From an uncultured Planctomycetota bacterium (GTDB lineage: Bacteria > Planctomycetota > Planctomycetia > Isosphaerales > Isosphaeraceae), in contig CAWGMQ010000010.1 in NCBI GenBank assembly GCA_963823665.1, positions 704,001-768,000 of the forward strand: a DNA stretch of 64,000 nt, written 5' to 3'. The position numbers and the translations under genes are program-made. Under the pieces are notes generated by a model. It saw nothing but the letters and a program-made list of their open reading frames with translations. It did no database searches and was not told where the DNA came from. Positions 1-11,252 of the stretch are shown here, piece after piece (positions within the stretch are counted from its first letter, which is position 1; the number at the start of each line of letters is the position of its first letter).

Positions 1-288
1 GTGAAGCCTGAAACATTCGGCTTGCGATTCGCGAAGACGTACATCCACACTTCCGGGGACTTTCGGGTCTTGAAAACTGTGCTCTTCAAAGAGACGCCAC
101 CTTACAAGCAGTATGCATGCGAAGGGACTGTGAATGGACCCGGAACGTCGCTGCCGTTCACGGTTCTGTTCACTTACGACACCAAGGAAGGCAAAGCATT
201 CCCTAATTCTGTGGACTACGCAGGAGGGAACGTTTTTGATCTGGAAGCGTCCATTGCTGCCTCGGGCAAGGGTAACCAAGAGCGTTAG
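1..288 (+). CDS. hypothetical protein, probably 5'-truncated by the window edge
   Basis: Open frame from base 1 with natural-looking composition; no recognisable motif. Confidence 0.45.
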   Translation: MKPETFGLRFAKTYIHTSGDFRVLKTVLFKETPPYKQYACEGTVNGPGTSLPFTVLFTYDTKEGKAFPNSVDYAGGNVFDLEASIAASGKGNQER

Positions 289-502
289 CCCGGCCAAACG
301 TCGCGCACGCCATCGTCGGCCTACTGATCGGGGCCGTGGACGCTACGAGCATCGGCCGGTGGGTGCTGCGCACCAGGGACGATCGCAAGCGGCTTCAGCG
401 TCGTTGCCGAGGCCCTGTACGCCTCCCGCAGACGCCGCGCGGTGCTCTGGACGTGGAAAGCATTGGCCAGGCGCTGGGAATCGCACGCGGGCGGGGCACG
501 GG

Positions 503-1373
503 CTATTGCCACCCGTCGTCGCTGCGCGGATCAATCTCTTGCGGCGGCGGCACCGGAAAAGATCTAAGCAGCGAGCCTATCCACTGTTTCGCCATTGATA
601 TCTTCTTTCGATAGTCCGTTTCGTCCGCCAAAATCACGCCCTCTGGCCCCGGCCTCATTGTCGATAGAAGGCTGTCCTTGATTAAGCTGAGCTGTTGGGT
701 CAAAACTGCCTGGCGGCCGTCGATGAGATCCAAGAGAGAGTCGATTTCTGTACGAATCTCTTCCACCGCGCCGTCTAAGACCCGCGGATTATGTGGACGC
801 GACAACGTGTGAAAAATATCGCGCAACTGTCGCTTTAGGTATTGGGATATTGCTCGTTCCTCTAGATGCTCGTCCCAACCATCGCCGTCAAATCCGAAGT
901 TCGCCTCTTCTGTGAGAATGGAAATCTGTTGAAGAATCCTCCCTGCCTTATTCCTGAGGTTCTCATTTCGGAATAGCTTCAAGGCATTCACTGAATTCTG
1001 CGCAGCGGAGTCATAAGCGGGAAGCTGTGCGGAAAGCAGCGACATCCGAGCGGTCAAGAATTGTTGGTTTTCCTGCTTCTTCATAGCGGCAGCATTCTGC
1101 TCTTGCGCCGTAGCCGATCGCTTCAACTCCGAACGCGTCTCCGCAAGTTCCTTCCGCTGCAGACCGAGTTCTTCACTTTGAAGGAAGATCGCGACGACGA
1201 CGCCCACGAACGCTAAGCCGGAAAACAGGGTGGCTGCGATCTGGATTCTCGTGTCGAGGGGTCGAAACGGGATTCAGGAGCGCCATCGCAAGAATCGCGA
1301 CCACGATAACGGCGGCTACTGCGCCCCAGTAGAGCCAATTCTGATGAGGCTCTTCGATGTGCTCGCCTGACAT
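503..1373 (-). CDS. membrane-anchored coiled-coil protein resembling the N-terminus of putative phage abortive-infection proteins; frameshift at ~1240-1272
   Basis: ATG at 1373 gives MSGEHIEEPHQNWLYWGAVAAVIVVAILAMALL (TM helix). A shifted frame continues IAATLFSGLAFVGVVVAIFLQSEELGLQRKELAETRSEL into ORF 503..1207. Confidence 0.55.
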
Positions 1374-1586
1374 CGCGAGTGATTCCGCAAGGGGATGAGT
1401 AACACGGGCGCGCCCGTCGCTCCAAAACCAATCGTGGTAACTACCACGAATCCCCCCGGAACACCAGAAAATACCGCAAATGAAAAAAGTTTCGTGGTAC
1501 GCGATCTGGGCCAGTGGCAAGAATTCTTCAACGGAATGTACCACCACACTGTTGATTTTCAAACAACCAAAGCATAGACTATCATT

Positions 1587-1790
1587 ATGAGCAACGCACT
1601 GACTGACCAGATTCGAGAAGCGGTCAAGCATTCTGAGCTGACGCACTACGAAATCTGCCGGCGAACCGGAATCAATAAGGCGTCGATGTCCCGATTCGTC
1701 AATGGGCATGGCGGCTTGTCTCTGGCGCACTTGGACAAGCTGGCCGAACTGTTGGGCCTGCGGATCGCAACCACGCGGAGGGCGAATTGA
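1587..1790 (+). CDS. Cro/XRE-family helix-turn-helix protein
   Basis: 67 aa, LTDQIREAVKHSELTHYEICRRTGINKASMSRFVNGHGGLSLAHLDKLAELLGL, a typical small phage/ICE HTH. Confidence 0.8.
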   Translation: MSNALTDQIREAVKHSELTHYEICRRTGINKASMSRFVNGHGGLSLAHLDKLAELLGLRIATTRRAN

Positions 1791-1797
1791 CGGGGCC

Positions 1798-1970
1798 ATA
1801 CCGGTTGAATACCGTTTGCGCCTCAAATACCATGTGTTTTTGCACAGGTTTGTTACCGTTTGCAGAGTTTGTCAGTGGAGAATAGCAGACGCAACTATTG
1901 ATCAGAAAAGGGGTTAGGTTGACGCACGCGACATCTCGGCGACTAGCTTGCTAAACTGATGTTCAAATCG
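1798..1970. mobile_element. possible attachment end of an integrated element
   Basis: Repeated ATACCGGTTG, ATACCGTTTG and TTACCGTTTG (1798, 1809, 1853), then TTGCTAAACTGATGTTCAAATC, which resembles a damaged tRNA 3' fragment; lower-GC DNA to the left. Confidence 0.35.
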
Positions 1971-2034
1971 CCGGGGGAAACGGAAAGCGGCTTTGCTCCC
2001 GGGGATGGACTTTGCCGCGCGCTCGCTCCGCACC

Positions 2035-4644
2035 ATGAACGAATCGTTGACTCCGATGATGCAGCAGTATCGCGAGCTCAAGGCTCGTGATCCGGATGCG
2101 CTCTTGTTGTTTCGGATGGGTGATTTCTACGAGATGTTCGGCGATGATGCCGAGCGAGCCTCGGCGCTATTGGGCCTGGCGCTCACGTCGCGGGACAAGG
2201 GCGACGACGCCGTGCCAATGGCGGGATTTCCTCATCCGGCCCTGGAGACCTACCTGGCCAAGATCGTCCAGGCGGGGCTGCGAGCGGCGGTGTGCGAGCA
2301 GGTCGAGGATGCGAAACTGGCCAAGGGATTGGTCAAGCGCGACGTGGTTCGCATCGTGTCGCCGGGCACTCTTACCGACGATGAGCTGCTCGACCCGAAG
2401 ACAGCAAATTACCTGGCGGCCATTGTGGAGGCCGGTGCGAAGCTCGGGCTGGCCTGGGTGGAGCTCTCAACCGGACGATTCTCGCTGACCGGGCTGCTTC
2501 GCACCGAGCTCGCCGACGAGATTGCCCGTCTCAACCCGGCGGAGATCTTGCTATCGGAGCTGAGCCTGGACGCGCCTTGGGCAAGACTGCTGCGCTGCCA
2601 ATCGGTGGCGCTGACGACGCGACCCTCCTGGGATTTTCAGCCCGAGCAGGCGCGGAAAGCACTCTTTGAGCATTTCCGCACCACGACGCTTGCCGGCTTC
2701 GGCATCGACGATCGGGCGATTGAAGTTCAGGCCGCCGGTGCACTCATGGCGTACTTGAAGGATACCCAGAAATCGTCGCTGGGCCACATCGCCCGGCTCA
2801 TCCCTTATCGCCGGGCCGATACGCTGGCTCTGGACGAGATGACTCGCCGGAGCCTCGAGCTGGTGCGCACCCTTCGCGAAGGCAAGCGCGAAGGCTCCCT
2901 GCTCTCGGTGATCGACCTCTCAGCCACGCCCATGGGGTCCCGGCAACTGGCGGAATGGCTGACATCGCCGCTGACTTCGCCCGAGCTCATCGAGGAGCGG
3001 CTGGAAGCCGTGAACGAGCTGGTCGAGAACGCGGCGCTTCGGGGCGATGTGCGCAGCTTGCTCGGCCAGTCGTACGACCTCGAGCGATTGGCCGCGCGCG
3101 TCGGCACCGGGCGAGCGAACCCGCGCGACCTGGTGGCACTCGCCCGGACTCTATCGATTCTGCCCAAGCTCAAGGCGCGGCTCTCCGCGCGGATGTCGGC
3201 GCGGCTGAACCAGCTCGAGGCCGCGCTTGAGCTATGCCCCGAGATCCGCGCCGAGATCGAGGCGGCGCTGTATGACGACCCGCCGCTGGCCGTGAAAGAG
3301 GGGGGCTTGATTCGCGACGGATACCACCCCGGCCTGGATGAGCTTCGCGAAGCCGCCAAGGGCGGCAAGTCCTGGATCGCCAAGTTTCAGTCCGAGCAGG
3401 TGCGACGGACCGGGATCCAGCACCTCAAGGTCGGATATAATAAGGTGTTCGGATATTACATCGAGATCACGCATGCCCAGGCTCAGGCACGCGGCGGAGA
3501 CATCCCCGCCGACTACATTCGCAAGCAGACGGTGAAGAACGCCGAGCGCTACATCACCCCCGAGCTCAAGGAACACGAAGATCGCGTGCTTCGGGCCGAG
3601 GGCCGCGCCTTCGAGCTGGAGTACGAGCTGTTCACGACGTTGCGCGACCGGGTCTCGGCCGAATCGCCCCGGCTGATCCAGGCAGGTGCAGTGCTTGCCC
3701 AGCTCGATGTTCTGGCCGGGCTTGCCGAGCTGGCAGCCCGTCACGGCTACACTCGCCCCGAGATCGCCTCCGAGCCGGTCTTCGAGGTCCAGGCCGGCCG
3801 CCATGCAGTGCTCGACGCGATTCTGCCGCCGGGTGATTTCGTGCCCAATGACGTTCACCTGGGCGGCGATTCAGGCTCGATCCTCCTGATCACCGGGCCC
3901 AACATGGCAGGCAAGAGCACGTATATCCGCCAGGTCGCACTGATCGCCATCATGGCGCACGTGGGGAGTTTCGTTCCGGCCAAACGAGCGAGGATCGGGG
4001 TGGTCGATCGCCTGTTCGCCCGGGTAGGTGCCACCGATGACCTGAGCCGCAGTCAGAGCACGTTCATGGTGGAGATGAGCGAGACCGCCAACATCCTGAA
4101 CAATGCGACGCCGCGCAGCCTGGTCATTCTCGACGAAGTGGGCCGCGGCACCAGCACATTTGACGGCATCTCGCTGGCGTGGGCCATCACCGAGCACATC
4201 CACGACGCAATAGGCTGCCGCACGCTTTTTGCCACGCATTACCATGAGCTCGTCGAGCTGGAGAAGACCAAGCCACGCTTGAGGAACGCAAACGTGGCTG
4301 TGAGGGAAAGCGAGGGCGAGATCGTCTTTCTTTACCGGATCTCCCCCGGCGGCGCGGACCAGAGCTACGGCATCCACGTCGCCAGGCTGGCCGGTGTTCC
4401 GTCGCCCGTTCTGGATCGCGCGCGAGAGATTCTCAAGTTCCTGGAGAAGCAGCACGGCCCGGATCCTGGCTTGCCGGAAGGCCCGATCAAGCGGAAGGTG
4501 AAAACCGGCCATGCCCTTCAAAACAGCCTGTTCGCCGCGCTGCCTGACCCGTTACTGGAAGAGCTAAGAAAGGTTGACTTGAAAGAGCTAAACCCCGACG
4601 CTGCCCTTGCATTGCTGAAACGCTTGCGTGAGCTGGCCAAGTAG
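2035..4644 (+). CDS. mutS: DNA mismatch repair protein MutS
   Basis: TPMMQQY, FRMGDFYEMF, Walker A GPNMAGKS, STFMVEM, DEVGRGTST, SYGIHVA. Confidence 0.97.
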   Translation: MNESLTPMMQQYRELKARDPDALLLFRMGDFYEMFGDDAERASALLGLALTSRDKGDDAVPMAGFPHPALETYLAKIVQAGLRAAVCEQVEDAKLAKGLVKRDVVRIVSPGTLTDDELLDPKTANYLAAIVEAGAKLGLAWVELSTGRFSLTGLLRTELADEIARLNPAEILLSELSLDAPWARLLRCQSVALTTRPSWDFQPEQARKALFEHFRTTTLAGFGIDDRAIEVQAAGALMAYLKDTQKSSLGHIARLIPYRRADTLALDEMTRRSLELVRTLREGKREGSLLSVIDLSATPMGSRQLAEWLTSPLTSPELIEERLEAVNELVENAALRGDVRSLLGQSYDLERLAARVGTGRANPRDLVALARTLSILPKLKARLSARMSARLNQLEAALELCPEIRAEIEAALYDDPPLAVKEGGLIRDGYHPGLDELREAAKGGKSWIAKFQSEQVRRTGIQHLKVGYNKVFGYYIEITHAQAQARGGDIPADYIRKQTVKNAERYITPELKEHEDRVLRAEGRAFELEYELFTTLRDRVSAESPRLIQAGAVLAQLDVLAGLAELAARHGYTRPEIASEPVFEVQAGRHAVLDAILPPGDFVPNDVHLGGDSGSILLITGPNMAGKSTYIRQVALIAIMAHVGSFVPAKRARIGVVDRLFARVGATDDLSRSQSTFMVEMSETANILNNATPRSLVILDEVGRGTSTFDGISLAWAITEHIHDAIGCRTLFATHYHELVELEKTKPRLRNANVAVRESEGEIVFLYRISPGGADQSYGIHVARLAGVPSPVLDRAREILKFLEKQHGPDPGLPEGPIKRKVKTGHALQNSLFAALPDPLLEELRKVDLKELNPDAALALLKRLRELAK

Positions 4645-4666
4645 GTCAGGCTTTAGCCTGACCTAC
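4641..4666. repeat. GTAG-type REP-like palindrome
   Basis: GTAGGTCAGGCTTTAGCCTGACCTAC; related copies at 15202 and 24418. Confidence 0.75.
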
Positions 4667-6186
4667 TTGGATTTCGCGGCGGGAACATCCATCTCCACGG
4701 GCATCGACCACTTACCTTGCTTCAGGCTGAAGGCGTACAGGCGCTTGCCCTGGCGGACGAGGAGGTGGTTCTCGGTCCATGAGGTTAGCGCTGGGGCGGT
4801 CGCATCCGCGGCGACTTCGAGAACGGACCAGGCGCCCTTCTCGGCACTGAAGGCGTAGAAGACGTTACCCCCCTGGTAGAGGGCGAAGCCATTGCCGAGG
4901 AGAGGCTGTACCGGACCCTCCAGGGGCGCTCGAAGTTTCACGCGCTCCCACAGCCCGTGCTTGGCGCTGAACGCCGCGATCTCTTCGATCGCTTTCCCCT
5001 CGTACACGAACGCCACAGTGTCGACGGTGTAGATAGGCGTGACCTTCACGCCATCGGGCACCGCAATCCGCTGCCATCCTCCCGTGACGTCCTGATCGAC
5101 ATCATCGCTCCACGCGTTGTAAGCTCGACCATCTTGCGATTTGACGACCAGGATCGACCCCATGCCGAGGACCGGATTGTGGTCCAAGTTGGGATGGTTC
5201 TTCCCCTTCCGCAGTTGGGCGGCAGGCGGGTTGAGAGGGATTGTTATTGGCGCGTTGGGATTCGTCTGCACCGCGGCCGCAGCGGACCGCGCGTTCGGAT
5301 CGGGTGGTGCCTGCACCTGGGCCGCACGCAACGCCAGGGCCCCGGCGACGCCCGACACGGATCCAACCACGACAATGGCCAGGAACGCGGTCTTGAACTT
5401 TTGGAAGAGCATGTTTCTCAAAACTCCTTGTGTCAGGGACAGAACGTTGGGTGCCACCGGCTGTGATGCCGCGAAGAGGAGCGCCGATTTCAGGGTCGAT
5501 GCGATCAAAGACCCGGGTGGCAAATCGCCGAGGTTGAGGAACGGCCGCGCGACCGCAGCCATCGGCACCGCCAGCCCGCGCCGCTCGAGTCGACCTTTCA
5601 GCAAGGCACGGCCGCGTGAGAGCCGGCCGCTGAGCGTTCCGACCGGCCAGTTCAGCACGCGGGCTGCCTCCTCATGCGTTTTGCCTTCAAGGTGGCAAAG
5701 CACGATGGGCGACCGGTACTTCTCCGGCAGCCGGCCGATCTCGTCGTGGAGCAGGGGGGCCGTCTCGAGTGCGGAGCCAACTTCCGACGGCGACCCGACC
5801 GATGATTCGATGTCGTCCAGGGCCAAGGGCGCGTGCCGCGCAGCGTAAACCCGCGCCCGCAGGGCTGTCCGGTACGCCACCTTGTACAGCCAGGGGCCGA
5901 TCGACTCGCGCACCTGCATCGACCGAGCTTTGCGAACCAGCACGAGAAACGTCGCCTGAAAGGCGTCGTCCGCGTCTTGCGGCCGTCGCACGATCTGACG
6001 GCAAACTCCCATGACCATCGGTGCGTGCCGTTCCAGCAGCTCGCGAAACGCCAGCTCCGCTGTGGCATCACGATCGAGCGTGAAGCGTTGCAAAAGCTGG
6101 GCATCACTGGCGCCGGTGACTGTACCCGCCGACCAGAGAACTTCCAGCTCCTGAGCGACCTTGCCACCCTTGCTCTGGACCATCAC
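4663..6186 (-). CDS. ECF sigma-70 factor with TM segment and C-terminal extension
   Basis: DAQLLQRF, AFRELLERHAPMV, DADDAFQATFLVL, LPEKYRSPIVLCHLEGKTHEEAARVLNWPVGTLSGRLSRGR, then a hydrophobic helix and a beta-rich domain. Confidence 0.92.
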   Translation of the reverse strand: MMVQSKGGKVAQELEVLWSAGTVTGASDAQLLQRFTLDRDATAELAFRELLERHAPMVMGVCRQIVRRPQDADDAFQATFLVLVRKARSMQVRESIGPWLYKVAYRTALRARVYAARHAPLALDDIESSVGSPSEVGSALETAPLLHDEIGRLPEKYRSPIVLCHLEGKTHEEAARVLNWPVGTLSGRLSRGRALLKGRLERRGLAVPMAAVARPFLNLGDLPPGSLIASTLKSALLFAASQPVAPNVLSLTQGVLRNMLFQKFKTAFLAIVVVGSVSGVAGALALRAAQVQAPPDPNARSAAAAVQTNPNAPITIPLNPPAAQLRKGKNHPNLDHNPVLGMGSILVVKSQDGRAYNAWSDDVDQDVTGGWQRIAVPDGVKVTPIYTVDTVAFVYEGKAIEEIAAFSAKHGLWERVKLRAPLEGPVQPLLGNGFALYQGGNVFYAFSAEKGAWSVLEVAADATAPALTSWTENHLLVRQGKRLYAFSLKQGKWSMPVEMDVPAAKSK

Positions 6187-6512
6187 GGCTATCTCCCCGC
6201 GATCATTTCAGCCTCTATCGTCTAAATGCACCCGGGAGCGTTTGTCATACGCAATTCTCGAAAATTCCTCGCAATCTGGCGAGCGTGTGTACAAAAGTTC
6301 ATGTTCACGGCACGCCAAGCGAACTGGCTCTGCCATTCGAGTGCTCGCCGTTGCCGCGGGGCGACGCCGGGCGGCGGTTTGCACGAAATTGTTCCGGGCA
6401 GCACGGTGCGGACGGGTCGGTCGTCAAAAGTTCTTGTTAGAATTGGACGGAAATCATCCTCGACGGCGCAATCGTGATCGAAGCCGCAACGAGCGCATTG
6501 GGAGTGCCCGCC

Positions 6513-9500
6513 ATGAACGAGCTCGACCTATTCATCGCAGGCCTGGAAGTCGACGATCCTGTCGAACGCGCCGCCTACCTCGACGAGGTCTGCGGCGGTG
6601 ACAGCGAAATGCGACAAAGGTTGGCCGCACTCATCGTCGCGATCGACCGGCCGGGCGCAGTTACTGGAGCGCTTTCGCGCGGCGGGCCGGGAGCGAGCAG
6701 CGATGGAATCCGAGCGGATCACCATTGAGGTCGGCTCCAGCTTGGCGGCGAGCAGTTGCGAACAAACGGTGAGCCATCAACAGGAAACAGGGGCACCGGG
6801 TCCGCTCATCGACAGCGTTATCGGCGGGCGTTACAAGCTGCGCCAGGAGCTCGGCGAAGGGGGCATGGGCTCGGTCTATCTTGCCGAGCAGACTGAGCCC
6901 GTGACGCGCACCGTGGCGCTCAAGCTGATCAAGCCGGGCTTGGACTCGAAGGCCGTGCTGGCGCGGTTTGAGTCGGAGCGGCAGGCCCTGGCGCTGATGG
7001 ACCACCCGCACATCGCCAAGTTCTTCGACGCCGGGGCGACCGAAACCGGCCGCCCGTTCTTCGTGATGGAGCTGATCAAGGGCGCCCCGCTCACGAGCTA
7101 CTGCGACGAGCACCGCCTGGGGCTGCTCGAGCGTTTGAACCTCTTCCGCCGGATCTGCGCGGCCGTGCAGCATGCGCATCAAAAGGGAATCATCCATCGC
7201 GACCTGAAGCCGACGAACATCCTGGTCGAGAGCCACGACGGCGAGCCTGTCCCCAAGGTCATCGACTTTGGCCTGGCGAAGGCGACAAGCGGGCTGCGAT
7301 TGAGCGATCACAGCATGTTGACTGCCTTTGGAGCCGTGGCCGGTACGCCACTTTACATGGCCCCCGAGCAGGTAGCCTGGAGTGCGCTCGACATCGACAC
7401 CCGAGCCGACATCTACTCGCTGGGCGTGATTCTGTACGAGCCTCTTGACCGGAAGCACGCCCATCCGTCGTGAGCTGCTTCATCAAGCGGCCGCGGACGA
7501 GATGGTGCGTTTGATCCGCGAGGTCGAGCCCCCGACCCCGAGCAGCCGCATCAGCACCTCGGACAAGCTGAAGCTGCCGAGCATCGCGGCGACACGGCAG
7601 ACCGAGCCCGCGCGGCTCTCCCGGTTCGTCCGCGGCGACCTCGACTGGATCGTGATGAAGGCGCTCGCCAAGGAACGGAACCGGCGGTATGAGTCGGCGA
7701 TCGCGCTGGCCCAGGACATCGAGCGGTTCATGAACCACGAGCCGGTGACGGCCGGGCCGCCGGCAGTGATGTACCGGTTCCGGAAATTCGCCCGCAGGCA
7801 CCGGGCGGGCTTGACGACGGTCGGAGCATTCGCCGTGCTGCTCGTCGCCACGGCCGCGGCAAGCACCAGCCTCGCCTTCTGGGCAAATCGGGAACGCGTG
7901 CGTGCGCTCAAGGCCGAAAGCATGGCCAGGGAACAACAAGCCCGCGCGCATGACCGTGAAAAGCTGGCGATCGACGCGGTGCGGCGGTACGGCGAGGCCG
8001 TTCGCACGACGCCCGAGTTGAAGAATGGTTCCGCCCTTTCAGAGCTCCGTGCCACCTTGCTCAAGGAGCCGCAGGCGTTCTTCAGAACCCTGCGCGACCG
8101 GCTCCAAGGCGATGGCGAGACGTCGGCCGACTCGCTCGCCCGCCTGGCTGCTGCGAGCTTCGAGCTGGGCCGCCTCACCGACGAGATCGGCGACAAGGAG
8201 GACGCCCTCCGAGCGTACGAGGAATCGCGGGCGATCCGGGAGCGGCTCGCCAGAGCGGAGTCGGCGAGCATCCAGATCCGGAGCGATCTGGCCACCACTT
8301 GCAACAACATCGGCATCCTGCAAGCAAGGATGGCACGGCCGGCGGAGGCGAAGGCGTCGTTCGAGCGGGCGCTCGCGATCCGGGAGATGCTCGCGCGAGA
8401 TAACCCGTCGGTCACCCAGTTTCAGAGGAACCTCACCTTCATCTACACGAACATCGGTAACCTGCAGCGTGCGACCGGCCGGCTGGCGGACGCGATGGCG
8501 TCATTCCAGCGAGCGCGCACACTCGAGGAGCGGCTCGTTCGTGAGAACCCGTCCGCCACTGAGCTCGAGCGCAACCTGGCCTTGAATGACCAACTGATCG
8601 GCGACCTGCAGCGTGAGATAGGCCGACCGGCCGAGGCGATGGCGTCGTACGAGCAGGCCCGAGTGATCCTGGAGCGGCTGGCACCCGAGAACCCGACGGT
8701 CGACAGGTTCCAGGGCACCCTGGCCGCGATCCAGATGTGCATCGGCGACCTGCAGCAAGAGACGGGAAGGCCGGCCGAGGCGAAGGTGTCGTACGAGCGG
8801 GGCCTCCCGATCCTCGAGCGGCTGGCGAGCGAACACCCGTCGGCGGCCCAGTTTCAGATCCACTTCGCCGAGGGACTCATCAAAGTGGGCGAGCTGAAGC
8901 GTGACATGAGCCGGCCGGAGGAGGCCATGGCGTTGCACGTCCGCGCCCACGCGATTCTTCTTCGGACGGTGAGCGAGAACCCGTCGTTCGCCGAGTTCCA
9001 GAGCCGCCTTGCTCACAGCCACCATTGCATCGCAGCGCTGCAAAGCGAGGCGGGCCGGCGGGCGGAGGCGCTCGAGTCGTACGAGAAGGCTCGGGTGATC
9101 CAGCAGCGGCTGGCGAGCGAGAACCCGGCGCTCACCGGCTCCGGCCTTGATCTGGCCGGCACCCTGGAAGGCATCGGATACATCAAGCTTGGAGCGGGCC
9201 AGGTGGCGGAGGCCCTCCAGTCGTTTGAGCAGGCCCGCCCGATCCGCGAACGGCTGGTCGCGAGAACCCGTCCGTCGACCGCTACCAGCAAGGCCTGGCC
9301 AGAAGTCGCAACATGATCGGCACCATGCTGCGCAAGACCGGCCATCCGGCCGAGGCGCACGAGTCGCTCGAGCAGGCCCGCGCGATCCGGGATCGCCTCG
9401 CCCGTGAGCATCCGGAATCGCCCGGCTACGCCAGCGACCTGGGCGGGACGATCCATAACCTGGCCCAGATCGACTTCGACCAGGGGCAATTCGACAAAGC

Positions 9501-10215
9501 CCGGACCAGGCTCACGGAGGCCATCCAGTGGCAGCGAAAGGCACTCGCCGCCAACCCGAATCAACCCGTCTACCGGCAGTACATGACCAATCATTTGACC
9601 GGCTTGATCCGAGCCGCCGTACGCCTGGGTCGCTCAGACGAGGCCGCCCTCGCCCGGCGTGAGCTGGCCGAGCTGGCCGCGAGCGATCCGGCGAAGGCGG
9701 CCCTCGATGCTCGCCTGGCCGCCGTGCTCAGAGGGAAAGAGTCTCCGAAGAACGCGGCCGACCGGATCGCACTCGCGTTTCGGGCCAATCAGAAGAAACT
9801 GTACGCATCCTCCGCCCACCTCTACACCGAGACGCTCGCCAGCGACCCCAAGCTCGCGGAGGATCGCAAGACCCGGCATCGCTATAACGCGGCCTGCGCC
9901 GCCGCGCTGGCGGCTTCCGGCCAGTCGAAGGATGAGCCGCAGCCGGATGCGGCTGCCGCAGCCACGCTCCGCGGGAAGGCGCGCGATTGGCTCAAGGCCG
10001 AGCTCGCCGCCTGGGCCAAGGTGCTGGACACCGGCCCGGCCCAGTTTAAGGCCGTCGTGCCCAAGACACTCGAGCACTGGAAGACCGACTCCGACCTGGC
10101 GGGCATCCGTGACGAGAAGGAATTGGCCAAGCTTTCGGATGCCGAGCGCGCCGCGCTCAAGGAGCTCTGGAACGACGTCGATCGCGTGCTCAAGAGTGCC
10201 GTTGCAAGCCAGTAA
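6513..10215 (+). CDS. Ser/Thr protein kinase with TPR repeats; frameshifts at ~6660, ~7445 and ~9265
   Basis: N-terminal [45 protein letters not shown], then TPR repeats and a C-terminal [10 protein letters not shown]...[13 protein letters not shown], spread over four consecutive ORFs. Confidence 0.9.
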
Positions 10216-10273
10216 CCCGCTAACCGGGGCTTCGAGGACGTCCACCTCATCACCGACGGAAAAGTTGGAGGAT

Positions 10274-11077
10274 TCATCGAGCGGACGTCAACAAGCTCCG
10301 GTCCACGTGTTTGGTCGAGAGGCTCTGCGCGTACGCTTTGAGTGCGCCCTTGACGGTCGAGCGAATCTCAGTGTGCTCGGCATCGACCCAGTATGCGTCG
10401 CCACTCGCGACCATGAACCGCGCCCGCGCTTCGTGGATGCCCTCGAACGCCGCAAGTGGGTTTTCGGCAGACAATGGTTTGGCGTGCTGTCCAGACGCCC
10501 GTATCCGCGCTTGGTGGCGGCCGACAAGTTGGTCAAAATCGGCGTCCATGTACAAGATCTCGTCGTACAATCCCGGCGTTCGCGATCCGATGGGGCGGTC
10601 GGACGTGACGAGGTATCGCCCGTTCTCCAGCTCCGTATAAAACACCGTCCCCCGGTTTCGGATTCCCGCAGTCGTTCCCCACCGGAACACAGCAAGGATC
10701 TCTCGAGAAGGAGAGACCAGGAGCGCACCATAGGTCTTGTAGATCCCACCCTTGGCATGTTTGAACAGAAGGGGCGCGGTGAAGCCAAGCCGAACGGCCG
10801 CGCGAATCTGAGGTGCGGGAAACGGGGAAGTTCCAGCCGCGGCGTAGGGATTTGTGTCGGACTCCGGATCGTCATGCGATCCGCGATCTGATCCAATTGC
10901 GCCGAGTTTTTGTCGCTCAGGATCGTCTAAGTCGGCCGATGCCAGAAACTTCACGGGACGCCGCTCAAGCAGAGAAGTCACGATGATCGCGACTCCGAGC
11001 GATACGTAGAGCCCGGCGGCCAAGAGCACAACGCCGAGGATGATTGTCTCGAGCCAACTCATGCGAAATCTCGACAA
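10274..11077 (-). CDS. hypothetical membrane-anchored protein
   Basis: 267-aa ORF with an N-terminal hydrophobic helix. Confidence 0.65.
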   Translation of the reverse strand: MSRFRMSWLETIILGVVLLAAGLYVSLGVAIIVTSLLERRPVKFLASADLDDPERQKLGAIGSDRGSHDDPESDTNPYAAAGTSPFPAPQIRAAVRLGFTAPLLFKHAKGGIYKTYGALLVSPSREILAVFRWGTTAGIRNRGTVFYTELENGRYLVTSDRPIGSRTPGLYDEILYMDADFDQLVGRHQARIRASGQHAKPLSAENPLAAFEGIHEARARFMVASGDAYWVDAEHTEIRSTVKGALKAYAQSLSTKHVDRSLLTSAR

Positions 11078-11252
11078 CGGGTATAGGGCAGGGGGCCTTC
11101 GCCCCGACCGATGCAGTCACGTGAGGTTCTCCCGCCGCTCTGGTCGCCGATTGTACTGGGCTTGCTCTGGAGCGGGCTATCCCCGATCATCGAGACCCTC
11201 GTAAAATCGAGGTTGGCCGGATCGAATTGAATGCCGTTTTGGACTGAATCGC

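Noticed and set aside
134..614. Plus-strand ORFs 134..598 and 336..614
   Set aside because: Arg-rich, motif-less and overlapping neighbouring genes; cannot be supported
7440..7450. Other frame breaks (kinases, treS, otsB, tubulin-like) as programmed frameshifts
   Set aside because: They fall inside conserved domains, I saw no slippery site plus stimulator, and they are best explained as sequencing indels
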